DNA from: Ostrea edulis
Lineage: Eukaryota
Assembly (NCBI RefSeq): GCF_947568905.1
Contig: NC_079166.1
Span: 63,302,001 to 63,366,000, forward strand
Length of the DNA: 64,000 nt
Reading direction: 5' to 3'
The notes under the pieces were generated by a model. That model had not been told where the DNA came from, did no database searches, and worked only from the letters and a program-made list of their open reading frames with translations. The position numbers and the translations under genes are program-made. Shown one piece after another: positions 1-12,475 of the stretch; the first letter of the stretch is position 1; each line of letters begins with the position of its first letter.

Positions 1-270
1 CGTGATCTTCACCTTGCATATGCGACTCACTTTGAAATACAATGAATTTTGTTCGTTTGATTAATTTGTGTTGCAGCTAAAATGGCATGCTTTGCATTTT
101 TTAAGCAGATAGTTATGCTTTAAAAATGTCACACAGAGAAATTCCAATTTCTGAACATACATTAAATGTGAAATACCGTATAAGTAGTAATTTTAGTGAG
201 ACACAAATTTAGCGATATTTCCATACAATATATATGAGTGTATATATTTAGCGAAAACTAATTTTAGGGA
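1..270 (+). repeat. Paralogous copy of the C1qDC 3' flank (matches about 7178-7425), preceded by the 3' tip of a Penelope-like element (1-19)
   Basis: Colinear blocks are shared with 7178-7425, e.g. aatttgtgttgcagctaaaatg, attaaatgtgaaataccgtataagt and gagacacaaatttagc. Bases 1-19 (cgtgatcttcaccttgcat) match the repeat terminus seen at 4478-4500 in reverse. Confidence 0.8.
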
Positions 271-1079
271 GTTTGTAATTCGAAGAAAGAAAATACCGAG
301 CGAAGCTCGGACGGCCGAATGCCCGTCCGCGAAGCAAGGCTCTAAAGGTAACACGTATGTAAAATAAAAAATGAGAAAATCAGCAAATGAATAGAGATAA
401 TCTCTAAATACGTTCACTGAAAATTTTGTGATCCATATGGGCGCCGCCATATTGCTTTGTCCATTAGTTGCTTCTAGAGTTATTCGTGTTTTGATTCTGA
501 ATGCCAAAAATACAAGACTGACGTGTAATTTGTAATTCAAACACCCAGTTTGTTTAAAATGAATGTTGTGATTATTATTGTACAGTTTTTAGCCAATCAT
601 CAAGTAGAAAAACAGTAATACGACTAAATAGATGAACGAGTTCATGAGTTTCTTTAAATAAGAATATACGATATACTTACGGTTACTTTCTTACCATTTT
701 GATTTTATTGGTTAATTTTGTTTAGTTTTAACGGGTTTTTGATTGATACGGGATGTATTGTTGTTGTTTACAATTGTTTGCTTTGAAAAAGAGAAAAAAT
801 TCGAGGCTAAATGTGACGTCAAAATGCACAGTTTACTTCGCCTTGCGTTTTATTTCCCGCATTCAATGAATAGGCGGATCATGTAGAAATGTTGTCCCCA
901 TATAAACCCCTTTAATATTGATATGTTACTGGGTGTTTAGCGCAAGGAAAATTTCATGAAAAAAAAAATATATTAAATAAATCACAATCTACCGTACTTA
1001 ACGGATTTATGATTACCACTTGGGAAACCCCAATGACCATTTCATCCGTCGCTCGGTCCAACGGTCACACCGTATACAT

Positions 1080-1350
1080 ATTAGTCCCCTATGGTTTGTG
1101 AAATCTTGACGACAATAGAATGCAAACATGGTTACTTTGTTTAGAATTCAATCTGAAAATATAAGTCAAAACTAAGTCCAAAGGTCATAACTCAGCATAC
1201 AATCAATGTACCAGGACAAAATTGGAACTTGATCTGTAACTTGTCAATGTGAAACAATATAACAAATATAAAATTAATGCATGTCGAAAAAAGTGCGGAA
1301 AACTGATTTGCCGGACTGACAGACAGACGGACGGAGTGCAAACCTAAATT
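1080..1350. mobile_element. Helentron/pearl-like non-autonomous element remnant
   Basis: aaggtcataactc...gaacttgatctgta core followed by a (GACA/GACG)n microsatellite and aaaccta. Same layout as 33950-35025. Confidence 0.45.
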
Positions 1351-2504
1351 CAACACGACTTTGTATATGCATTTTACTTATATGTGAAATTTGTCATAAT
1401 TGAGAGAGACACAAAATGGAGGCAAGCTGACCACGAAATAACTATTTATATTAATAATCTTTCATACTCCAAGTTTTTTTTGAATTCTTGCAGGCTTTTT
1501 GTCCTTTGAAAAGCTTTAAATTAGTTCATCTTTTGGTAATTCGAATTTTGTTATCCAGTCCTGCAAATGAGAGTATGGAGATCCTCTTCAAGTAATCCTG
1601 AATTTCTTTTCTGCCTTAAAAATAATAATTCATTTCTACTTTTTATATGACATAAGGTTTTAATTCATCTTCTTTGTTTAAAGGTTTACTGTTAATCAAA
1701 ATACGAGATATTTCACATACTCATATAATTTAACCATTCTATGTAAAGGATAATAAACTGTGTGTACCCTCTTGTAAATTCTTATTAATTCGTTTATATT
1801 GAAAGTCAATTTACCAGCGGCCCAATATCAAAGCAAACCACCGTGTTTTACACAAACTTAGATTTATTCATCAGATCAAGTTATTAACACCTTACAATAT
1901 GTACAGTGGTGCTTAATTATTCCGTTTGTTTAGAAGTGTAGCATTGGTTCTAGTTGTAATTTTGCTTTCTTCATTCTATCATTTATTCATGCAATCTTTC
2001 AATTTATTCCCCTAGGATCAGGTTGCCCCAAATATTTCTCAATCATGTTTCTTTCGTTTGCATTTTTTCAGCCAATAAAATCACTGCTGAAAAATTCTTA
2101 ACTGTTTCTGTGTTTGAGGAAAAAACAAACACTCTTGCTTATCCACCATTGTATATTGCATCCTACGGTGTTGTGAAAGCATACGGAAAGTGGTGTGTGC
2201 TAAGAACTGAGACGAAAGAATCCAGATGTGTGAAAGTTGATAATTATGAAAAAGGGAGTTTTCCCATAAAACATTTTCTGCAGATCCGATACACGCAGCT
2301 GTGACAAGCGATGAATAACTTAATTACATTATTCATGAAGCACAAATAGACTTCAAGTACAATCGCTTTTCATGCCAAGAAAAAAATCCGTCTGCAACAT
2401 CTTATGTACGTGTTTGTGAATCATTATGCATACTATGGCATAAAAGAAAACGTTTTGTCATAAGAAATCGATATTAAATAGACGTACACATATAGTCTAG
2501 GAGA

Positions 2505-3448
2505 TACGAGGGATGATCTATATGTAATGTGTATTGTACCACAGCGCGATAAAGTTTTGCACGATTTCGTAGATGATGATACTCTTGAATTGCTCTATTC
2601 AATATTTTTCCAACGGTATAAACACGAGCCTTCAGCTCCACATAGTTTTAAACTTATAGTTATTTCAATAGAGCCAGTCGTTGACCACTGTTGTAAAAAT
2701 GGTTGGGAAACGGGTTGAGAATATTGACAGATGACCAAAAACGGGTACGAGTATAAACCGCTAAGCAATTGCTCAAAATGTTTCCCAAATTCAAAAACAA
2801 TTTGCAAACGTTGCTGGTGACGAAACATGGGTTCACTATTTCGAACCAGTAAGAACAATTGGAACCAAAATATGACTAACTAAACATGGTAGAAGGCATG
2901 TAATTGCCAAAAGAACCAAAAACACAAATAAGATTCTTTATTGCATATTCTTCTCATGTGATGGTATAGCCGTACAAATTCCGGTGCCGAAGGGCAAAAG
3001 TGTTACAGGTCGGTATTACTGAGGTATTATACTAAAAAAGCTCAAGGAATATTATCACAAACGACGCCCTGTGTCAGGATTTAGGCATTTTCGTCTACTT
3101 CATGATAATGCTCCATCACTCACATCTAAGCTTGTGAAGCAATTTATGAAGTCGGAGAAGGTTACCGTCTTGCCACACCCACCATACTTTCCAGATCTAG
3201 CCCCATGCGACTTTTTCCTTTTTTAAAAACTTAAAAAAATCTCGTATCTGGTCATCGTTACAAGTCCCGACAATCCCTTGGCTCGGTCATCAGTCAGTGC
3301 TTCAGAGGTCTACCTAACTCAGTGTACCGTGACGCATTTTAGAAATGCATTCAGAGATTGAAATTATATATTTCAAACTGCGGTGAATACTTTGCAGTGA
3401 TGTAATGTTCATTTCACTATTTGAGTTGAATGCTTTTGAGATATCGTA
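2505..3448 (+). mobile_element. Decayed, internally deleted mariner (DD34D) transposon
   Basis: Conceptual translation of 2720-3330 gives AGDETWVHYFEP ... LLHDNAPS ... LPHPPYFPDLAPCDFFLF, with exactly 34 residues between the 2nd and 3rd Asp. Stops and frameshifts are present. Degenerate TACGAGGG... / ...ATCGTA ends. Confidence 0.9.
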
Positions 3449-3519
3449 CAATACACAATACATATCGAACAGCCCTAGTAGATATAGGAAGTTCACAATG
3501 GAAAAGCTGAAGTCACCCC

Positions 3520-3785
3520 GTGTGTCATCAAATCGATATGAATATCTAATAAAGCATGCATAAAAGATTAAGATATAACCGTTCCATTTTTGTTTAGAAA
3601 AAAAATGTTTTTGAAAATTGAAAACGCTATTTGTTAATATTTTTTATATCTACGGATAAAATCTTCAAAAAAACATGTCAGTTAGAAAAGAGATATATCG
3701 AAGAAATATATCGTAAAAGAAATTGAAATTTGAAATAAAAATCATTCTTGAGTGACGAAATTATACTATGCCTCTTGAGGCCCTT
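3520..3785. repeat. About 260-bp dispersed repeat; inverted copy at 15335-15590
   Basis: tacggataaaatcttcaaaaaaacatgtc ... gaaattgaaatttgaaa is the reverse complement of 15380-15470. Confidence 0.75.
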
Positions 3786-4185
3786 AAATGGCACTAACTC
3801 ATCTGTATCTGTATGATATTGAAAATAGGAAGAATTAGGATTTAATTATCTGTAGCACGAATTCAAACAGAAGAATGTAAACGTTCCATACAAATTGTAA
3901 AATGAACGATAACTATTTTACCATATATTACTATAGCCTCCATGTTTGTATTGGTAGTTAATCATGAAATTAAAGTATCAAAGTTCAAATAACTATCAAA
4001 GTTTTCTTATGGTTTTTGATACAGTAATTCGCATCTTATCAGTGTTCAACACATTAATCAAAATCAAAATTATATGAGAAAAGGGTAGCTTTGTCTGCAT
4101 ACAACAAACTTCATATCAAAAGAAATGATATAACTTAACTTAGTATTGGGATTTTATAAGCAAATATGAGTCTGTGTATCAAAAG

Positions 4186-4320
4186 TATTTTGGTGTCATC
4201 TATAGACCAAGAAACTCAAGACTTAATTGAAGGTACTTTCTTTTAGCTAAATTAGAAAAAGTCCTTGATACCAATTTATCAATGTTATTGGGAGGTGATT
4301 TTAACATCAATATTTGGATG
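4186..4320 (+). mobile_element. LINE APE-type endonuclease fragment (CR1/L2-like)
   Basis: Translates FGVIYRPRNSRLN*...LLGGDFNINIW, containing the YRP and GDFN motifs, with an internal stop. Confidence 0.65.
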
Positions 4321-4477
4321 AGAGAAACTCTGTTTTTCTATTTTAATAATATAATGAAATGATAAGAAATAAACAATTGTCTGCACTACGTGCTTTGATG
4401 AAGTTTTCCGTCCAATTTTCGTTTGATACATGCATAAAAAAGAAGTATAAGTTTTATTTCTTAAATATAGTTGTAAA

Positions 4478-4772
4478 TGCAAGGTGAAGATAACGAACAG
4501 TGATCAATCTCATAACTCCTACAAGCAATACAAAATAGATAGTTGGGCAAACACGGACCCCTGGACACACCAGAGGTGGGATCAGGTGCCTAGGAGGAGT
4601 AAGCATCCCCTGTTGACCGGTCACACCCGCTGTGAGCCCCATATCCTGATCAGGTAAACGGAGTTATCGGCAGTCAAATCAGTGTGCCAAGAACGGCTTA
4701 ACAATCGGTATGAAACACGTCAGACAGCATTTGACCCAATGCGAGGTTGTATTGACGAACTAGATCGTTATA
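4478..4772 (-). mobile_element. Penelope-like (Naiad-type) element, 3' fragment
   Basis: aaggtgaagataacgaacagtgatcaatctc...gggcaaacacggacccctgg terminus shared with more than 10 copies in the window, some of them joined to RT-coding sequence. Confidence 0.8.
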
Positions 4773-5946
4773 AATCTAAACTATTGTATATACATTTGTT
4801 ATATTCTTATCAAACCTGACATCCAATTGTATCCTCCCTTTATTTATAATGATTTAATTCCTTTCTTTTATTTTTTATGTATCTCTTTTTTCCAAATCGT
4901 TTTGCTGCTTGTTGATATTTCCAAGTACTATATGTAAAACTTATATGGTATCAATTTTGATGCACCAGATGCACAATTCGACACATAATGTCTCTTCGAT
5001 GATGCTCAACCCGAAATTGTGGAAATCCGAAATAACAATAAACTTGTGACAGCTAAAAGGAAAAGCAGAGTGCCAAGAACTTGAGCCAAATTCGTCCAAG
5101 GATCGGAGCTATGCATGAGGAAGATATTCTTAATTTCGAATAATTTCTAACTTTTATCCCAGGAATTAAATATACATCCGTATATCTATTATGCATTTAT
5201 CTATTATAAATATATCTATTATGCATATATCATACATATATATATTGTGGGTTAAAGGAGGGAGGCTTATATAGGCGCTGCCTTCTGTGTAATCCTTATA
5301 TCATTATTATTAAATTAGTTTAAATCAAATATTTTATTATACCTTGTTATAATTGACCCGTGACCAATGGAGAGGATGTATATACATGTAGTCAGAGCAC
5401 CTGCTGCCAACTCTTATTGATGTATGTATTTACTATATATATATGAATGAAATGCTGTTCCAATCAATCAACAAAATGACAGGTCAGACTCTTCTGAAGA
5501 TCGAGAAGCATGTATCAATATCAAAGAATAGCTTATATGGAGACAACATTTAGGCATGATTTAGTATACAACTTCCACTATTGTACAACAGAACAAAACT
5601 CCATGTAATTTATGACAATACATGTACTTTTTAACTTTATTTTATTAGGGCTCCAAAATTCCATTGTCTGAATGTTGCTAGTTATCGTTTATCCACCCGT
5701 GCATGCATGAGTTAATGTCTAGAATCATTAACCGATCACGTATCACAACATCCGCGTTTTAAATAAGTATCTGCTTATATCGATTATTTTTACGTTTAGT
5801 GTTTATCACGAAAACCACGTATCATATGTCTTTTTAATGCAATACACAATGCATATATAAGAGCCAGCTTTCTCGTCGTTCAGGTAAGGAATCTTAACCA
5901 TTTCTATCTCTGACTATTTGTTGAGATCATTTCAGTACGATCTAAT

Positions 5947-7152
5947 ATGTACAGGTATGTTGTGATCGCGTTATACTCAATCAAATGTTTACACAACCTT
6001 TCATTTCTAAATCGTCAATATAATCGTATATAATCAATTCATTCAATCTCACCAATTTCTTGATGCAACTCAACTGAAAAACATGTATGTGATGAAAAAA
6101 TGTCGCCCGTTTTGATAAAAAGAAATACCTAGTTCTATGCAGTATTCAATCTCCTGTCGTGTCTCATTATTTTCATCATGATCAAATTAATTAGGAAATC
6201 ACATTTTCGGAAACTGAATTTTAGGAGACGGTCTTATGATAAATTCACGTTAAAATCTCACTCTTCTAGTTGTTTTAGATATCATAAACTGTAATGATTA
6301 CCATATTGTCTGACTACCCTGTCTTTATTGCAGGTTTATCCTATTGTCACTATTTGACCACCCTGTTGATTTATTGAGGACTTTTTCTCTTACATTGTAT
6401 CACTTATCTATCTGACCACTCTATTCATTTGTTGCAGGTTTTTGTCTGACCACTCTATACATTTATTACAGGTTTTTCCTATTATCCCTGTTTCTCATAG
6501 TGCATTTCACTGCTACACTATCTGACACACCACATCAGATCGTGACCAAATACAAAAACTATCACACAATATGCACTGGCCTGGGATACAGAGACAGACC
6601 TTGTGCAAACAGGGGTGGGTGAACTTGAATAAGTTTATTAATTCTCTTATTTTGATACCTGTATATTTAATCATTAAGGAACCTGATTTATGAAAGTTTA
6701 GTATTATTGATAGTGGCTTATTCTGTCTTTATTGTATTTTGTACTCTGTTGTAGGTGTTGTTGCATTCCAAGCCCTGCTTCAGAAACACATATCCAATCT
6801 TGGAAAATTTCAGCCGGTTAAATTTGACACAGTGCAGCTAAATGAAGGATCAGGATATGACGTAACAACAGGAAAATTTTCAGCTCCGGAGGATGGGGTA
6901 TACTCCTTTAACTGGAATGTTCTGGTTAACTCGGGAAAAGAGTTTCATACGGAGATTGTAAAGAATGGTAATGTCGTTGCAAAGAATTACGCTGATGGTA
7001 GAATACTGAAGAGTGGCTATCACCTGACGAGCTCATCCACGGTCAATATCAAAATGAAGGAAAGAGAACAGGTGTGGATCAGAGCACACCACAATCACGG
7101 AAAATACATATATGGCGAATCTTGGTCATATTTTTCTGGCTTTAAACTGTAG
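5947..7152 (+). CDS. Secreted globular C1q domain-containing protein (C1qDC), 182 aa; join(5947..5954,6472..6614,6755..7152)
   Basis: ATGTACAG|gtatgt ... ttacag|G (phase 2) and AGGG|gtgggt ... tgtag|GT (phase 1) give 549 nt with no internal stop. Hydrophobic N-terminus MYRFFLLSLFLIVHFTATLS. gC1q motifs VAFQA, VKFDTVQLNEGSGYDVTTGKFSAPEDGVYSF and SYFSGFKL. AATAAA at 7172-7177. Confidence 0.93.
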
Positions 7153-7629
7153 TCATTAAGTTTGCTTTGTCAATAAATGCGAATCATTTGGAAATACATT
7201 GTCCTTTTTCTTTTGATCAATTTGTGTTGCAGCTAAAATGACAAGCTTTACATTTTCTAAACCGATAGGTATACTGTAAAAACGTCATACAGGGAAAGTC
7301 TAATTTCTGCACATAAATTAAATGTGAAATACCGTATAAGTGGTAATTTTATTGAGACACAAATTTAGCTATATTTCCATAAATTATGGGTATATATATA
7401 TTTAGTGGGAGCTAATTTTAGGTTTTTAAGGAAAGCTTCTAACGTCAGATATAGGAGCAAAACAAGCAGAAAGGAAATGTAACTTTTTCATGAAATTCAG
7501 ATCTTCAAGCCTTAATACCTTCTTTCTACAATGTGATTCTTTTTAATAGTATTTCCGAGTTCCATCACATTGAGCAAACCGCAAGACTCAGGCATTTAAT
7601 ATAATGAGAACTGGTAAAGTGTTGAAAAG

Positions 7630-8720
7630 TCGTTCCACACCCGGCCATGAGTTCTATATCACGATAAGGTAAACGGAGTGATCTGTACTCAAAACGAATG
7701 TGTGAAGAATGATCTAACAATTGATATGAAACACGCCAGGCATTGAGTTGTATTGGAAAACTAGGTCGTTATAACGACCATAGAATTTTCAAAATGCTGA
7801 CTTTTAACACGACTGTTAAAACCCCTGCACCAGCAACTTGTTTGTCAGTAGGCTCCCTCGATTTTAAAACTGACAATATATAGAAGAAGTTCTTGCGTAT
7901 CGAATCAGTTGGGAAATATAAACACCATATGCAGGTGATGATGGAATATTGCTACATAAATATGGGAAGTTGACGATGGAGAAGCTGAAAGCATCCCGTT
8001 TGTCATAAAGTTGAGTTGTTTTTTTACTGCCGATATCTATTTCAAATTAGATATTTAAGTATAAAGCAAAAGTGGATGACTGTGGTGTCTTTTATTTTGA
8101 GTTTACAGGGATATATCGAATCGACATATGAATGAAAATCATTATTGTTAATATATAATATGTCGTCGATATATCTAAATATAGAATTAAAGGCGCCATA
8201 GCAAGAGATGTTTTCTTCTCACGTAAAAGTAAAAAAAATTGAATAAATTCTGCTTCAACAGGTCAGCTAACAAAGCAAGTTAATTTGTGCCCCACGGAAT
8301 TCCAACAGGAATGTTGGAAGACCTGATCACCAGAGACCACGAAGTTATTGTCAATGAGGAACTCTAGAATATTTTGTATTTCAACTTCAGAGTACTTGTG
8401 AGTGGAATCAGAGTGGTGTTTAAAAAAATTTGGGGGGGGGGGGTGATGACTGATCGCTAGATATGAATATTTCTGTTTTCCATTTATGTTGAAGAAGCAA
8501 CTATCTATCATGAAAGGTGAAGATAACGAACAGTGATCAATCTTATAACTCCTATAAGCAATACAAAATAGATAGTTGGGCAAACATGGACCCCTGGACA
8601 CACCAGAGGTGGGATCAGGTGCCCAGGAGGAGTAAGCACCCCCTGTCGACCGGTCACATCCGCCGTGAACCCTATATTCTGATCAGGTAAACGGAGTTAT
8701 CCGTAGTCAAATTCAAAACC
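7630..8720 (-). mobile_element. Penelope-like retroelement: decayed RT (7630-8512) directly preceded, in element orientation, by a second 3' end (8513-8720), i.e. a pseudo-LTR/tandem layout
   Basis: Minus-strand translation contains IDSCFFNINGKQKYSYL, LEFLIDNNFVVSGDQVFQ, a degenerate GIPMGTN region and AFNSIFRYIDDILYINNN (RT motif C), then thumb-like sequence and the shared 3' UTR. Confidence 0.85.
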
Positions 8721-9804
8721 AAGAGGTGTGCCAAGTGTAATAAGTTTACACAAATAGGATCAGTATTGAACCAGTAAATAACTGTATTTAGGTGTAACAT
8801 CCTGCGCAGTTGTGCTCAAAACATCAGGAGCAAAGTTCCTTAAGAGTTCAAATGAGCTCTTGTATGTACCAAAAACTGAGGGCATATTGTTTTTGTCCTC
8901 TCTGTTCAACTGTCTGTCCGAAACTTTAAAGTAACTTTTGAATGGTCAGTGATAGGGCTCTCATATTTGATATACATGTATGCATGCCTTGTGATATAAT
9001 GTAAGACCCAAGTTTATTTTCGTACTATAGATTGTGATAATAAACGAGAAGATTTCAGTGTGTAAAGTTGGTCTTAAGTCGTAAGTTCTTTTGTAAAACG
9101 CACCCCTGGACTCTAAAAAGTTCATACGACAACGCTTATTGTAAATCACTTTTGAGTATATGCCATGTTGCAAGGGTGAGTGCCGTTTGATGAGCCCTCG
9201 TTTTAAAACAATTATACAAAAATATACGTTGAATTCGTATCATTTATTGAAACGGCCTGGGATAACAACGTTCATATTGTCTTATTTCGCTAAATTAATA
9301 ATTCGAGAACAATCAAGCAATATTATTAATCCGAAAGGAATGCCTAGTAAACATGCACCTAATACTCCAATTGCCTGTGATGATTCACGATCGTCTGAAG
9401 CACAGTTGCGCTTGCGCACTGAACTTGACAATGTAGACTTCTGAACAGTCAGGTTTTGTTTCATTTCCAATATCTGGGCTTCCTCTTCCGCAGTTAAGTT
9501 GACGTTAGGGTTCAGTTCAAAAGTAACTGGGCAGGAACAGAGACAGTGGCTACTGGAGATCTGGGAATCTGGTGTCGCGGATGTTGAGGGGATATCTGAA
9601 GAGGTCGTACTCTCTGCAATAATAGGGAAACACCCATCATTCAGGATCATTTACAAAAAAGAAATAGAAGACATGATTGTTAAATATATTTACAAATCAC
9701 GGTCTCCGTTTAGACTGCAAAATCAGTAGGGACTTTCTAGCCACCGTTAACTATCGGGCTTAGGATTTTCTACTTTATGATCAGACATGTTTTGCTGTAT
9801 GAAA

Positions 9805-10500
9805 AAAGTGATGATAACGAACTGTGATCAAAATCAAAAATCCTGTAAAGAATATAAAATCAAGAACAGGTCAAACTTGGATCCCTGGACAAACCAGTAT
9901 CTAGGAAGAGGAGGTGGAGGCATCCCCCATTGTAGATCGTACTCATCGGCGGAGAGACTTATTTCTTGATCAGGTAAACGGAGTAATCCGAAGTCAAAAT
10001 CAGTGTAATACGAATATAACCCAACAATTAGTATGATACACGTCGGAAAAATTTGACTTATGATAGGTTAAATTTGCAAATACATGTAATATCATTATTA
10101 TGACAAAGGAAAAAAACAAGGCTCTTGAAACCCCTGTAACATCAACCTATTGTTCAGTAACATTCATCCGTTTAGAAATCGATCATACGTAGAACGTGTT
10201 CTCGTGAATCGAATCAGTTGGGAGACATAAGCACCATAGACAGGTGATAATGGAATACTGGTACATAAATATGGGAAGCATTCTTGAGTTATCAGTTTTA
10301 TGTTCAGTATAACATCCAAATATGAATCGGAGATAAAATGACGTCGATGTATCTAAATGCTATGAAGAACGCCACACTAAGCGATTTATCCCATGTTGAA
10401 AGTTTTGTTTTAAAAAATATACATTCTGCCTCACACTAGTATAGAAAAGAGTCGGCCGACCATCGTAACTTCAACAGGCTGTTGGAAGACCTGAACACGC
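9805..10500 (-). mobile_element. Older, diverged Penelope-like copy
   Basis: Degenerate 3' terminus (gtgatgataacgaactgtgatc) plus RT-thumb sequence colinear with 7630-8330. Confidence 0.7.
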
Positions 10501-10779
10501 GTACGTTTTGATGCTTTTCATTGTTGCAGCTCTTGTGATTTCAAATTTACTATGTTTCAGAATCCACAACACTTCTCGCTTTTGGCCCGGCACAGTACGT
10601 CTACGTTTTCCCTTCATAGAAGTTAATATTTTTCTGATGAGTAAAGATAGGGGCTTGGTAGAACATTACCGGGTCCTGTAATATGTGTTTATAAGGGTAC
10701 ATGTATGTATTCAAATTCATTCGTCCCACTGACTGGGATATTAGATGCGTTTGATGTTGAAGAACTTTGTTTAATTTTG

Positions 10780-11760
10780 AAGGAAGTATAAGATGTATCC
10801 CATTACCTTACAAATCATAGGTGACAGTGGTTAAGGTCATTGTGCCCCCTGTCCCGGGGATCACGGTATAAACAAACTTAAATCTAACTTTAAAATCTAC
10901 ACTACATGAAGATGCTTGTGCATTACTAAATGGTTGCACCCTTATGATATTTTAAAAGGATTTTCCCATGTGTAAAATTGAATTTTTGTTTGTTTAATGT
11001 ACCCATGTTAAGGGCGATAGGATGCAAAACTTGCCAAGTTGGGACCACAAAATAATAGATAGGAATGAATAAGAAAATTCTTAAAATCTTCCCAACGACC
11101 ACAATGGTGCAATATTTCAATTTGATATGCAAGAAACCATCAAACTTGAATCTGCACAGCTATTTACATATACATGTACATGGATTTCGATTGTGCTTCG
11201 TGCTTAAATTAATTCCTTTGTAAGACTTTGAACCCAGCTCTCTAATTACATCCTTAATTAAGGTAGTTCTGAGAAAACTTTGGTTTAATGGATTTCCCTA
11301 TATATTACTTTTAAATGTTTTAAATGCATTGTAGGGCTCCCTTAAGACCTAAGAAGCAATGGTACATGTATGAACAAATGTGTCCATACTAACACATTAC
11401 AAATGAAGATGATTGCGTATCATTTTGACACTTTGTACCCTTGTGGTCATTTTTAGAGAATTTTGTATGTAAAATCTTAAACCCCTACTGTGGTTTTGCA
11501 AATACCCCAGGTATCGGAATACACTATGATGATACCTGCGTTTTAGTTTGACGCTCTGTACATTTATACTTGTAGTTCTTAAGAAGATTTTAAATAATTT
11601 TCCTACACATTCTTTTTCCCAACTTTGAATTTTTACTATGGCCCACCCTGATTCCGCGGGACATGGTGTAAACAAACTTGAATCTACACTACATGAGGAT
11701 ACGTGAGATTCAAAACGCCATTTTGGCTCAGAAAATCATGATTTGAATGAAGTAAACTCA
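10780..11760. repeat. Diverged Cg170-like satellite monomers (related pieces at about 13720-14010, 36300-36500 and 59335-59690)
   Basis: Recurrent aaacttgaatct(a/g)cact and ccccggg..catggt..aaac motifs recalled from the oyster 166-bp satellite/Helentron core. 59630-59687 carries the typical ggtgagcgatgt..gcctcttgtt-like end. Confidence 0.6.
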
Positions 11761-11859
11761 AATCATCTTTATGCAAGGAAACTTCTATGTCCAATCGAAT
11801 GATTTAAACACTCTATCGTAAATTGTACTTTTTTAAAAGCTATTATCATTCATACAATG

Positions 11860-12475
11860 ATTCGATAAATCCAAGTGAACTCGAAATAAAGGACACCACA
11901 GACTCTTCCACATCTGCTTCATACTTGAATATTTTATTAAACATAGATGTTAACTGCAAACAAAAACTCAACTTTTTAAATTATGACCAAACAGGATGAC
12001 TTTGGCTTCTCCATCGAGAACTTCCCATATATATTTCTATAGCAATATTCTATTGTCACCTGCATATGGTAACTGGTTCGATACGCAAGAACATATTCTG
12101 CGTATAAATCTGTTTTAAATCGAGCAGGCTACTGACAAATAAATTGATCTAAAGAAGTTCCAACATTCTCATTTAAAGTCAGCATTTTGCAAATTCAATT
12201 GTCATTATAACGATCTAATTTACAAATACAACAATGTTATCAAACGTTTTATACCAATTTTATGCCATTCTTTTCATAGTAATTTTGACTACGGATTACT
12301 CCGTTTACCTGATCAAGATAGAGGATTTACTACGGGTGTGACCGGTCGACATAGGGTACTTACTCCTCATCGGCATCTGATCAGACCTCTGGTGTGTCCA
12401 TGGGTCCGTGTTTGCTTCTTAATTTTGTATTCTTTATTGGAACTATAAGATTGATCACTGTTCGTTTTCTTTCCT
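11860..12475 (+). mobile_element. Penelope-like element: RT C-terminal region plus 3' UTR, in an intron of the lectin gene
   Basis: Degenerate INPSELEIKDTTDSSTSASYLNILLNIDV ... NFPY..SNILLSPAYG..LVRYAR, then the shared 3' UTR. Confidence 0.8.

Noticed and set aside
4478-4772. Hammerhead ribozyme or SECIS element in the Penelope-like 3' UTR
   Set aside because: No CTGATGA...GAAA core or convincing SECIS quartet was seen by eye. An Infernal or SECISearch run on the consensus would settle it.
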